A stretch of 64,000 nt of DNA from Alphaproteobacteria bacterium (GTDB lineage Bacteria; Pseudomonadota; Alphaproteobacteria; GCA-2731375). The notes beneath the pieces are model-generated. The model did not search any database and was not told the origin of the DNA. It saw only the letters and a list, made by a program, of their open reading frames with translations. The DNA is taken from contig CBDDBZ010000037.1 of assembly GCA_965225945.1 (NCBI GenBank), positions 384,001 through 448,000 on the forward strand, written 5' to 3'. A program made the position numbers and the translations under genes. Positions 54,522 through 64,000 of this stretch are shown here, piece by piece (the first letter of the stretch is position 1; each line of letters opens with the position of its first letter).

Positions 54522-55478
54522 ATGTCAAGAGGGCCGCTATTTCAAAAAAACTACAAACCGCTATTCTCTGGCCATGAGACATTTCCGTTGCGTTATGGCT
54601 GGCTGAAGAAAGTATATGATGCGGTGACCGAAAGCGGTGATGGGATCGCGAGCAAGTCTATCTTCTCAGATGACAACGCCATTGCCCGTTTTGGCGTTGG
54701 CAAGAATATGGTTGCCTCCATGCGATATTGGGGCGCAGCATGTGGCATTATTGGCAACGTTTCCCCTAACCGACTCTCTGTGAAGCCTCTTGGCCACAAA
54801 CTATTCGGACAAGATGGTCTTGACCCTTACATGGAATCACCTGCAACGCTTTGGATTTTGCATTGGTGGCTTTGCGGGCGAGAAGACAGAACGACCTGGT
54901 ATTGGGCTTTCAACCATTTTTCGCACCTAACATTCGAGCGGGAAACACTTGTAAAAGCTTTGTTATCGCTTGCAGAAGATCGTGAATGGCCACGCGTATC
55001 CCCGGCCACCGTAAAGAGGGATGTTGAGTGCTTTGTCCGCACCTATGCCGCCAGAATGGCGACCGGGCAAAGCTCTCATGAAGATGCACTTGAATCGCCC
55101 CTGACTGAACTCGGTCTGCTAAGGGCAACTGGAAAAAAGGATGGATTCCGTTTTGTTCGTGGCGCCAAATCCACACTAGGCGAAGGGGTCTTCGCTTACG
55201 CGCTCATTGATTTCTGGGAAAGTTACTCACATTCGAAGACGCTTTCATTCGAGGCGATCGCTCATGAGCCAGGTTCCCCCGGACGGGTTTTTTCGCTTGA
55301 TGAAAGCGACCTTGCCGAGCGCCTAGCTGACATCGGCGACGCCACTGACGGGCTTTTGCGATGGTCTGAAACGGCTGGCCTAAAACAAGTCATTCGATCC
55401 TCAGAGCTTAACGTCGAAGCCGCCCTTGATTTGGTCGATGCAGACTTTCGCGTTCGCGACCGCAGGAAGGTGGCCTGA
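54522..55478 (+). CDS. sspB: DUF4007 protein (SspB-like)
   Basis: FSGHETFPLRYGWLKK, FGVGKNMV, DPYMES, SPLTELGL; AGGAG SD at 54512. Confidence 0.88.
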   Translation: MSRGPLFQKNYKPLFSGHETFPLRYGWLKKVYDAVTESGDGIASKSIFSDDNAIARFGVGKNMVASMRYWGAACGIIGNVSPNRLSVKPLGHKLFGQDGLDPYMESPATLWILHWWLCGREDRTTWYWAFNHFSHLTFERETLVKALLSLAEDREWPRVSPATVKRDVECFVRTYAARMATGQSSHEDALESPLTELGLLRATGKKDGFRFVRGAKSTLGEGVFAYALIDFWESYSHSKTLSFEAIAHEPGSPGRVFSLDESDLAERLADIGDATDGLLRWSETAGLKQVIRSSELNVEAALDLVDADFRVRDRRKVA

Positions 55479-58400
55479 TGAGTCTGAGTGAAAAGGTATA
55501 CATAGCCCCAAGGTTTCAGCGCGCAATACGAATAGATACCGACCTGAAACAACCGGAATCGCTGGAAGGCTTCATGTGCCCCCAATCATCCGCCGAAGTC
55601 TTGCTCGCGATGGCAAACCACGTGTCGGACACGAAGCAAGGCGCCTTTACATGGACAGGACCCTACGGCAGCGGCAAATCCAGCTTAGTTGTTGCACTAA
55701 GCGCGCTGCTCGGAAACAACAAGACTCTGCGCACGCTTGCCGTTTCATCGATTGGTGAGCCCGTCGCAAGCGATATCCGGTCCAAGCTTCAATGCGGAAA
55801 GAAGGGTTGGCAGACAATCGCGGCTGTCGGGCGGCGCGAGAATGCTTGCCACGTCATTGGAGAAGCCCTGATTGATTCCGGCATAGTGCCGGGCCGCCGG
55901 AAGAAACAATGGGACGACAAAGCTATCATCGAGGCATTGGTGAACACCGCAGGAGCAAAGGATCACGGGGGCGTCATCCTCTTTATCGACGAGATGGGAA
56001 AGCTGCTTGAAGGTGCCGCGCAGGGCGAAGGCGATGTGTATCTTTTCCAACAGCTTGCCGAGGCGGCATCACGTAGTGACGGCCGCTTGATTATCGTCGG
56101 CGTCCTGCATCAGGCGTTCGAAGAATATGCCAACCGGCTTTCCAGAGATTTGCGCGACGAATGGTCGAAGGTTCAAGGCCGTTTTGTTGACTTGGTTGTT
56201 AATGCCGCCGGTGAAGAACAGATAGAACTAATCTCGCGCGCCCTATCCGGCGAAGCGCCGGGTAAAGGCCATGTGAAACTAGCCGGAAAGGTTGCCAAGG
56301 AAATCCAATCGCGCAAGGCCGGTATTTCAAGCTATCTCGATCAGGCCCTTGCTGATTGCTGGCCGCTCCACCCCGTTGTCGCGTCGCTTCTTGGGCCGAT
56401 TTCGAGGCGAAGATTCGGGCAGAACCAACGCAGCATATTCGGCTTCCTGAATTCAGCAGAGCCGCACGGTTTTCAAGATTTCCTGCGAACAGCCGAAGAG
56501 CGCGACCTCTACTCCCCGAACCTGCTTTGGGAGTATCTACAACTCAATCTCGAACCCTCGATTCTCGCTTCTCCCGACGGTCACCGATGGTCGATAGCCG
56601 TAGAGGCAATCGAGCGGTGCGAAGCAATGGGGGGGGATCAATCTCAAATCGAGCTTCTCAAAGTCATTTCACTGGTTGATCTATTCAAGGACCGGTCGGG
56701 CATGGTCGCGAGCGATGCGCTGTTGGCTGCTTCGTTCCCCTCGCTTTCCAAGGCCAAGTTGCGGTCGATGCTCGACCAGCTTACCGAATGGTCGCTGATA
56801 TCGTTCAGGAAGTTTCTTGGTGGCTACGCGGTTTACGCAGGAAGCGACTTCGACATAGAGGCTGCAACCGAACGAGCCCTCGGCCACATTGACGGAGTGG
56901 ATTTCGAGCAGCTGCGTGCCCTTGCAAGTCTTCAACCCGTCATGGCAAAGCGCCACTACCACGAAACAGGGGCGCTACGCTGGTTCGATGTCGAGATAGC
57001 GCCGCTTTCAGGCGCCTTGCAACATGCCGAGGAATTCGAACCGGGCGCGAGCACGATCGGCCTGTTTCTGCTCGAAATCCCGACACAAGGCGAATCCGAA
57101 GATGCAGCCAAGGACCTTTGCAAGCGAGCGGCACGATTATCCGGTCGTCACGATATAATCGTCGGGCTGTCTTCACGGTCCTGGTCAATCAATAACCTGT
57201 CCCGCGATTTGATTGCCCTGGAGCACGTGAGAAATGGCGACTCAGAACTGCGAGGGGACGCTGTAGCGAGGCGTGAGGTCAACGCCCGTATTGCCAGTTT
57301 GCAAGCGCAGCTAGAACAAGAGCTGCAACGCGCCTTCGACGGCGCACAATGGTTTCAAAAGCAGCATAGTCCCAAGCAGCTTATGCATGACGAGTTGAAT
57401 GGCCTTGCCTCAGATCTCGCCGACAAGCGGTATCCTTTGTCGCCGGTTCTGAATAACGAGCTGCTGAACCGGATAAAGCCGTCAAGTAATGCGATTGCCG
57501 GACAAAACGCACTGCTCAGAAAGATGGTGGACAATGAAGGCGAAGAGCGGCTCGGAATAGTCGGGTTCCCGGCCGAAGGCGGTATGTTCGAATCTGTTCT
57601 CGAAAGTTCAAACCTCTATGCGAACACCCCTGATGGATGGCGCTTCGTCGCTCCGGGTGAAGGATTGCCAGACAAGGCAGGTCTGCGCCCGCTTTGGGAT
57701 GCAACGGCGGAATATCTGCTCAAGCGGGAAGACCGATCAGTGACGCTTTCGGACGTTTATGATCTTTGGCGGTCGAAGCCATTCGGCATCAAGGACGGCA
57801 TGATGCCTGTCCTGGCGGTAGCGTTCATTCTGTCGAAGCGAAACGACGTTGCGCTTTACCGGCAAGGCGTGTTTCAGGCCCGCTTTACCGACCTTGATGT
57901 CGATTATCTGGCAAAAGACCCGAATGATATCCAGCTGCGGTGGATGAATTTGAGCGACCTCGCGCGAAGGCTTTTGTCCGGTCTTGCCAATATCGTTCGC
58001 GATCTGGATGAAACGAACAGCCTGCAAAATCTAGAGCCGATCGATGTGGGGCGCGGACTGATTTCGATTTACACGAGCCTTCCCCAATGGACGCAAAGAA
58101 CGATGAGATTATCCGCGAATGCCATCCGTATTCGCGACCTGTTCAAACGCGCCAGGGACCCGAACCAGTTCATCTTCAATGATCTTCCCCAGCTTGCCAG
58201 CAACAGCAGTGATTTGGAAAGCGAGGACGGTTTCCGCCGGATCGTGGGTAGCGTCCGGGACGCATTGGAAGAGATGGTCAAAGCTTATCCGCAAATGCTG
58301 CAACGCCTTGCAGAGCGCACGCTTGCAGAGCTTCAGGTTCCCAACAGCTCATCACAGGCCCTTAATGACCTAAGAGACCGCGCTAGTAATATTCGGGAGT

Positions 58401-58864
58401 TGGGGGGTGATTTCCGTCTCAATGCCTTTGTCAATCGCATATCGTCCTATCACGACGCAATTACAGAAATAGAAGGATTGGCGGGGCTTGCCGCCAATAA
58501 GCCGGCTAGGGACTGGATCGACGCCGATCTGGATACGGCCTCGATTGAACTCGCCGATCTCGCGCAACGGTTCAACAAGTCCGAAGCGTTTGCGCGCGTG
58601 AAGGGCCGTCCCGATAAGCGTCACGCAATGGCAGTGATTGTTGGCGTCGGAGGCATACCGGCCCCTATAGGCGATGAGTTTGATGTTAGCGATGCGGAAC
58701 TCGCAAATGTCGAAGCGCTAATCACCGATTTGCGAAAAGCGCTCCACAAGCAGCGAAACGCCAAGCGGTCGGTAGTACTAGCCGCACTGGCAGAAATTTC
58801 TGCCGAGGTCATGCGGAACGAAGATGCGGAGCAGGCCGACCGCAGCAAGGCGGTAGTACGATGA
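55478..58864 (+). CDS. sspC: Large P-loop ATPase (SspC-like)
   Basis: GPYGSGKS, FIDEMGK, EWSKVQGRF, WPLHP, QNQRSIFGFL, PFGIKDG; TGATG coupling to the upstream gene. Confidence 0.85.
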   Translation: MSLSEKVYIAPRFQRAIRIDTDLKQPESLEGFMCPQSSAEVLLAMANHVSDTKQGAFTWTGPYGSGKSSLVVALSALLGNNKTLRTLAVSSIGEPVASDIRSKLQCGKKGWQTIAAVGRRENACHVIGEALIDSGIVPGRRKKQWDDKAIIEALVNTAGAKDHGGVILFIDEMGKLLEGAAQGEGDVYLFQQLAEAASRSDGRLIIVGVLHQAFEEYANRLSRDLRDEWSKVQGRFVDLVVNAAGEEQIELISRALSGEAPGKGHVKLAGKVAKEIQSRKAGISSYLDQALADCWPLHPVVASLLGPISRRRFGQNQRSIFGFLNSAEPHGFQDFLRTAEERDLYSPNLLWEYLQLNLEPSILASPDGHRWSIAVEAIERCEAMGGDQSQIELLKVISLVDLFKDRSGMVASDALLAASFPSLSKAKLRSMLDQLTEWSLISFRKFLGGYAVYAGSDFDIEAATERALGHIDGVDFEQLRALASLQPVMAKRHYHETGALRWFDVEIAPLSGALQHAEEFEPGASTIGLFLLEIPTQGESEDAAKDLCKRAARLSGRHDIIVGLSSRSWSINNLSRDLIALEHVRNGDSELRGDAVARREVNARIASLQAQLEQELQRAFDGAQWFQKQHSPKQLMHDELNGLASDLADKRYPLSPVLNNELLNRIKPSSNAIAGQNALLRKMVDNEGEERLGIVGFPAEGGMFESVLESSNLYANTPDGWRFVAPGEGLPDKAGLRPLWDATAEYLLKREDRSVTLSDVYDLWRSKPFGIKDGMMPVLAVAFILSKRNDVALYRQGVFQARFTDLDVDYLAKDPNDIQLRWMNLSDLARRLLSGLANIVRDLDETNSLQNLEPIDVGRGLISIYTSLPQWTQRTMRLSANAIRIRDLFKRARDPNQFIFNDLPQLASNSSDLESEDGFRRIVGSVRDALEEMVKAYPQMLQRLAERTLAELQVPNSSSQALNDLRDRASNIRELGGDFRLNAFVNRISSYHDAITEIEGLAGLAANKPARDWIDADLDTASIELADLAQRFNKSEAFARVKGRPDKRHAMAVIVGVGGIPAPIGDEFDVSDAELANVEALITDLRKALHKQRNAKRSVVLAALAEISAEVMRNEDAEQADRSKAVVR

Positions 58865-59697
58865 CGACGCCTGAAAAACATGTGCTTGGTCTTTCCGGCG
58901 GACGGGATAGCGCTGCGCTCGCCGTATATATGCGTCACTACCATCCCGCACTCGATATAAATTACTTTTTCACGGACACAGGAAAGGAATTGCCCGAAGT
59001 CTACGAGTTCCTTGGCCGCCTCGAAGGTGTGCTTGGCAAGCCTATTCAAAGGCTAAATCCCGATCGTGACTTCGATTTCTGGCTGAAACAATACAATTCC
59101 TTTTTGCCGTCGGCACAAACACGTTGGTGCACCAGGCAGCTGAAACTTCGTCCTTTCGAGATCTGGATCAAGCCGATGCTTGCCGAAGGGACAAAGGTCT
59201 TTTCCTACGTTGCCATACGCAGTGACGAGGAATACCGCGAAGGCTATACGTCCAAGCATGAGAACCTCGTCGTGAGCCTGCCCTTTAAGGAAGCCGGAAT
59301 CGACAAAGCCGGGGTTCTCGAACTGCTGGAATCTTCGGGCCTTGGTCTTCCGAAATACTATAAATGGCGCACGCGAAGCGGGTGCACGTTTTGTTTTTTC
59401 CAACAAAAGATCGAGTGGGTCAGGCTGCGCGAGGAACACCCTGAATCCTTTGAAGAGGCGAAACGGTACGAAAAAACTGCAATGGACGGCGGGTCACCGT
59501 TCACCTGGAGCCAAGGAGAGTCGCTTGAGCAACTAGAGCAGCCGGAGCGAACCGAGCAAATCAAAGCGGATCACGCGGAACGGCTTCGAAGGACGAAATC
59601 AAAGGCCTGCACGAATCCACTCAGACCCGACGATGAACCGCTGGACATTGACGATCTGTATGGTCAGACAAAGGCATGTCTCGCCTGCCACAAATGA
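58861..59697 (+). CDS. sspD: PAPS-reductase-family protein (SspD-like)
   Basis: PP-loop SGGRDS, DTGKE, RWCT..LK..P, SGCTFCF, C-terminal CLACH; ATGA coupling. Confidence 0.88.
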   Translation: MTTPEKHVLGLSGGRDSAALAVYMRHYHPALDINYFFTDTGKELPEVYEFLGRLEGVLGKPIQRLNPDRDFDFWLKQYNSFLPSAQTRWCTRQLKLRPFEIWIKPMLAEGTKVFSYVAIRSDEEYREGYTSKHENLVVSLPFKEAGIDKAGVLELLESSGLGLPKYYKWRTRSGCTFCFFQQKIEWVRLREEHPESFEEAKRYEKTAMDGGSPFTWSQGESLEQLEQPERTEQIKADHAERLRRTKSKACTNPLRPDDEPLDIDDLYGQTKACLACHK

Positions 59698-59737
59698 TGA
59701 TCCGGCTTGCTTTGAAATTGTCCCATAGGAGATATTC

Positions 59738-60259
59738 TTGAATTTTGGGGAAGTAGAAGATTTTGCTCAAGGTGCTGCGGATGCAATAGCCAGATTCACC
59801 GTTCAATTCACGCTGTCAACAGACCAGTTGGATGACGATAATTACCGGCTCGACGGTCTGGAATGGCATTCAATCTGTTACGGCGAGGACGAAATCGAAA
59901 TCGTGCCGAACGACCGGCGCGGTATATATGCATTCGCAATATGTAAAGAAAGCGAAGTGCTGCCACCGCACTGCTACGTCCTTTACATCGGCATCGCCGG
60001 GAGAAAGTCGAACCGGTCACTTCGCGAACGCTACAGAGACTACCTCAATGAAAAAAAGGTTCTGAAACGTGATCGCATAGCCTTCATGATTGGAACCTGG
60101 CATCACGTGTTACGTTTTTACTACGCGCCGGTTGACCAGAATATTACGTCAGATCAACTTGAAGGACTTGAAAGGCAGCTGAACAGCACTCTTCTTCCGC
60201 CGTTCTCACAGGGGGATCTGGAAGCCGAAATCAAGAAACAACGGAGGGCGTTCAGATGA
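59738..60259 (+). CDS. GIY-YIG-like nuclease
   Basis: GIYAF..LYIG..SLRERY..LE; AGGAG SD 6 nt before a TTG start. Confidence 0.7.
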   Translation: MNFGEVEDFAQGAADAIARFTVQFTLSTDQLDDDNYRLDGLEWHSICYGEDEIEIVPNDRRGIYAFAICKESEVLPPHCYVLYIGIAGRKSNRSLRERYRDYLNEKKVLKRDRIAFMIGTWHHVLRFYYAPVDQNITSDQLEGLERQLNSTLLPPFSQGDLEAEIKKQRRAFR

Positions 60260-61515
60260 CAAAATCCAAGACCAAAGAAATCGTCCTCCCGGCTCTTCGA
60301 GGCGTCATGGGCACGTGGGTGTACTACACATGTCTCATGAATATGGAAGAGGTCGCGAGGCGCGTCAGTTACGCCGACGAGATACACAAGAACAAGAAGC
60401 TCTCAGATATGATTCAGCGCAGCCTAAAAGCGACGAGAAGCGCGCAGATCGCAGAATATATCGAGACACAGGACGAACGTTTCTTCAATTCGCTCGTGAT
60501 TGCGACATATGGCGGGCAGCCCAACTGGAGCGCCATCGACAGCCTGAAAAGCAATAGCAAAAACAATATCACCGAAAGACTCTCAGAAGAGACTTTAAAC
60601 TCCGTCGGCTTTTTATCGCTCAGTGGAAACGAAAAGCTCTTTGCGCTGGACGGTCAGCATCGGCTGTCAGGTATCAAGAAGGCAATAAAGGACGGGCTGG
60701 AACAAGATCCCCCCGACGATTTGTCTGTCATTTTTGTTGCCCACAAAACTTCGCTCAAAGGCTTGGAGCGCACGCGGCGGTTATTCACCACACTCAACAA
60801 GACGGCAAAACCCGTCTCCAAGGGCGACATAATTGCGCTTGATGAGGACGATGTAATGGCGATTTGCGTCAGGCGCCTGATTGAGGAGACCAAGCTTTTT
60901 GAGGGAGAGCGAGTGGCGTTCGTTGCGAACAACAATCTTCCGACATCAAACACAAAAAGCCTCACCACGATCGGCAACCTTTATGACGTGGTTACGACCT
61001 TGTTCACCCGCGTTGAGACGGATCTTAAAACAGGCAAAGCCGAACTGCAAAGAGCCCGGCCCGACGACAAGACCCTCGGGGCATACTTCGATTTGGCTAA
61101 GCGGTATTTTGAGCTAATGGCGGCGAATTTCGGTGCCCTTTCCGAATTTTTCGCGGCAGAGGAAACTACCGGAGTTGTTAAAAAGTATCGTGGAAATCAC
61201 GGGGGCAGCGCGCTGTTCCGGCCCATAGGGCTGGCCATATTCGCGGATATTGTGGCCCACTTAAGCAAAAAATATTCTTTGAAGAAATCAATCGAAATTG
61301 CTGGAAAATTGCCAACGACACTTACTGATCTGCCTTTTGAGGGGCTTATGTGGGATTCGGCAAGTCAGCGCATCGACAACACAAACAGGGTTACGTTGCG
61401 CGAAGTCCTTTTATACATGCTGGACAATTCAAAATGGACGGACGCGACTGTATTAAAGCGTTATCAGCGGAGTATAGGAGACGAAGAAGCGGAACTGCCG
61501 GACAAAGTCGTTTGA
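60256..61515 (+). CDS. DGQHR-domain protein (DndB-like)
   Basis: IQR, RFFNSLV, LDGQHRL, RRLFTTLNKTAKPV; ATGA coupling to the GIY-YIG gene. Confidence 0.9.
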   Translation: MTKSKTKEIVLPALRGVMGTWVYYTCLMNMEEVARRVSYADEIHKNKKLSDMIQRSLKATRSAQIAEYIETQDERFFNSLVIATYGGQPNWSAIDSLKSNSKNNITERLSEETLNSVGFLSLSGNEKLFALDGQHRLSGIKKAIKDGLEQDPPDDLSVIFVAHKTSLKGLERTRRLFTTLNKTAKPVSKGDIIALDEDDVMAICVRRLIEETKLFEGERVAFVANNNLPTSNTKSLTTIGNLYDVVTTLFTRVETDLKTGKAELQRARPDDKTLGAYFDLAKRYFELMAANFGALSEFFAAEETTGVVKKYRGNHGGSALFRPIGLAIFADIVAHLSKKYSLKKSIEIAGKLPTTLTDLPFEGLMWDSASQRIDNTNRVTLREVLLYMLDNSKWTDATVLKRYQRSIGDEEAELPDKVV

Positions 61516-61538
61516 TCGTTGACGCGAGAAAGCGCGCC

Positions 61539-64000
61539 CTAAATCATGTGTTCCAAGTCGTATTCCCTGAGTGTCGGAGCAAGCACTTCATAAGCTTCAG
61601 CTCTATTTTCCGAAAGAGATGAAAACTCGGCCACTCGGCCTAATTCGGACTTGATCAATCTCTTCGCGTAGTCAGAATCGGTTTCGTACCCCTGCGGCAA
61701 AACGACGACAAAGTCGTGTGTCGTCGCCATTTCTTTTCCGGGCGAGCGCCGTAGAATTCTTCCCCGGCGCTGAACGAATTGGCGCGGATCACGAGAGCTC
61801 GCGAGAATATACGCCGTGCTGCACGCGGGTACGTCAATACCTTCGTCAAGGCAACGGATCGCGACCATGGCATCAATGATGCTCAGCCTGAAATTCTCCA
61901 GAATTGTGTCCCGTTCCTTGCGTGTCTCCCGAGAGGTAAATCGAGAGACATCCCAGCTGCCCCGGTGGAGAAGTGAACTCACCGCCTCGACCTGTCGCTG
62001 TCCATGATCGGCATTTTCGGGCGCGGAATCCGGCCCGGCGTCCTCATCGGTCTCAACAGTGCCGTCGCCGCAATAGAACAATGTGTGCGGACACCGAGCG
62101 GCCCCTTCTAGAACCTCTTCGAGCGCACTCATCTTGTTGGCGGCAGAACCGATTAGCCGCGCGCGCCGCATCAGGAGTCCTGTTAGTTGGGGACTTGTGC
62201 CGGATGACGAAACACCCTTCCGCCTCGCCATGATCCTGCCGATCTGCTCTGACAAGGCGACAAACTCATCGGCTTCCGCCGCAGTCAACTCAACCAACTT
62301 CGGATAGTAAAAATAGGGAGTGAGGACCTTATCCTCTATCGCTTGTTTCAGCGTATATTTCGATACGATATCGCCGTAGAAACCGGCCAAGCGCTCATTG
62401 CGCTCCTCGTCCAGATAATGTTCGGGCGTTGCCGAAAGGCCGATCCTATAGCGCGCGTGTTCGGGCAAGAAACCCTCATAGGCTTTCGATGTGTGGTGGT
62501 GACATTCATCTCCAATCCATAACAGCCGATTGCCTTTTATCTGCTTGAGGCATTTCTGGAATTCGGGGCTTTTTAGCGTCCTGTTCACGACGACGATCGC
62601 CGCGAATTTCCGGCTTCCCATCACCAGCTCATGGACAACACTCCTGAGTTTTTCCAGCCAGTTTGCCCGTGAAACGTAGCACCGGACCGGATAGATGTTG
62701 AATGAGGAAAGGATATCGACCCATTGATCGGCGAGGTTCTGATACGGCACAGCAATGACGCAGGTCAGGCCGTCAATGCGTTCTGACAATTTTACGACGG
62801 CATGAATGGCAGTAATGGTTTTGCCGGCGCCGGTGGCTAGATCGAACGTTCCCTGAAAATCGCCCTTAGAGTCCGTCCGGAGACTTTATGTAGGATTACA
62901 GAGTTTTCGGAGCATGAGTCGAATGGACGCGAGCTTGATGAAGGCGAGCGCGTTGCGGTTGAGGTTCTCCCAGTCCTTGGCCAGTCGGCGGCAGCGGTTG
63001 AGCCAGGCGATGGTGCGTTCGACCACCCAACGCCTGGGCTGGACGACGAAGCCCTTCACCCGATCGGATCGCTTGACGATCTCGGTCTCGAGATCGGGCA
63101 GGATGCCGGCCAGGGCGCGGTGAAAGACCGGCCCCTGATAGGCGCTGTCGGCGAACAATTTCCCGAGAAAGGGAAACAGACCGAACAAGGTCGCCAGCAG
63201 CGCGAGACCGCCGTCGCGATCCTGAACGTCGGCGGCGGTGACGATGCCGTGCAGCAGCAAGCCTTGCGTATCGACCAGAACATGCCGCTTCTTGCCCTTG
63301 ATCAGCTTGCCGGCATCGAAGCCGTGGCTGTCGATGCGAGCCCCCCTTTTTCAGCGCTTTTCACACTCTGACTGTCGATGATGCAGGCCGTGGGGCTGGC
63401 TTCGCGCGCGGCTTTCTCGCGGCACTTGAGGTAGAGCGCATGATGGATGCGATCCAGCGTGCCGTCCCAGTTCCACAGGCCGAGGTAATCATGCACGGTG
63501 CTTCTGGGCGGCAAATCCTTGGGCAGCGCGCGCCACTGGCAGCCGGTGCTCAGAATGTACATCACGCCGTTGATCACCTCGCGGATAGCGACGCGCCGTT
63601 TGCCGCCGCCGGGCTTGCCCGGCGGGATCAGCGGCTCGATATGCGCCCATTCCGCATCGGTCAGGTCGCTCGGATAACGCAGTTTGTCGCGGTTGTAGCG
63701 CGGGCGGTTGTCGGCAGTCCACATGGGGCACCTCAAGAGCAAATTCACCACCCCAGAGAATCACAGCTGATTCAGCTCTTCAAGAGGGGCCGCCGGATAA
63801 CCGATTCATCCGACTCATAAAGTCCCCGGACGGACACTTAGCCTTCCACGCATCAAGTGCAGCGATTTGATGTTCCTGCATCTTGAATGGTCGGCTATTG
63901 ATGGTCTTTGGCTCTTTCGGCTTCGAGGATGTCGTGCTTGTCGTGCCGTAGATCTTGTCTCGCAACCTTGCAGCGATGGCCGCTTCAATCTCGGGATCAG
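61539..64000 (-). pseudogene. SF2 DExH helicase (PT-restriction-associated type), interrupted by IS5; 5' end off the window
   Basis: Removing the IS restores HQIAALDAWKAKGDFQGTFDLATGAGKT; also DECH, SATP, CLDEGIDVP, QRRGR. Confidence 0.88.
62869..63837 (-). mobile_element. IS5-family element, copy 2
   Basis: 969 bp, apparently identical to 52156-53124 and in the same orientation; TTA flanks. Confidence 0.95.

Noticed and set aside
53190-59697. BREX type 4 or canonical DndABCDE assignment
   Set aside because: No pglZ or brxL, and no DndD or DndE in the window. DUF4007-ATPase-PAPS reductase with a desulfurase fits SspABCD better.
52156-63837. IS5 composite transposon as the vehicle that delivered the PT cluster
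   Set aside because: The helicase continues in frame beyond copy 2, and TTA is the family's preferred target, so it is not evidence of a joint insertion.

Overview
A GC-rich window, probably alphaproteobacterial (inferred from the tRNA-fMet fragment and IS types). It is almost entirely an accessory defence island that is being broken up by insertion sequences. Intact modules: (i) a type I restriction-modification operon, hsdM-hsdS-hsdR plus an M48/YgjP peptidase (12333-19522); (ii) a Phd-VapC toxin-antitoxin pair; (iii) a lower-GC Ssp-type DNA phosphorothioation locus (53190-61515). That locus has a divergent cysteine desulfurase, DUF4007/SspB, a large ATPase/SspC and a PAPS-reductase/SspD. 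No sspE is visible; a coupled GIY-YIG nuclease + DGQHR/DndB-like pair follows instead, facing an IS5-disrupted SF2 helicase. Damaged defence-type genes include a membrane protein + TIR (ThsB-like) pair, an Apea-like HEPN, a TrlF/Ppl-like ATPase fragment and HigA. Integration features: a tyrosine integrase next to a 45-bp tRNA-fMet 3' fragment (att site), a tandem array of related tyrosine integrases, and a second att-like palindrome. About 20 IS copies or remnants are present (IS21, IS1595, IS6, IS1182-like, IS256, IS3, IS630, IS5, ISNCY), several with exact ends and target duplications. One is a 4.1-kb IS21-type element carrying a Cys-rich ORF and a DUF3991/TOPRIM-like passenger. Family names come from motif recognition by eye, not from database searches.
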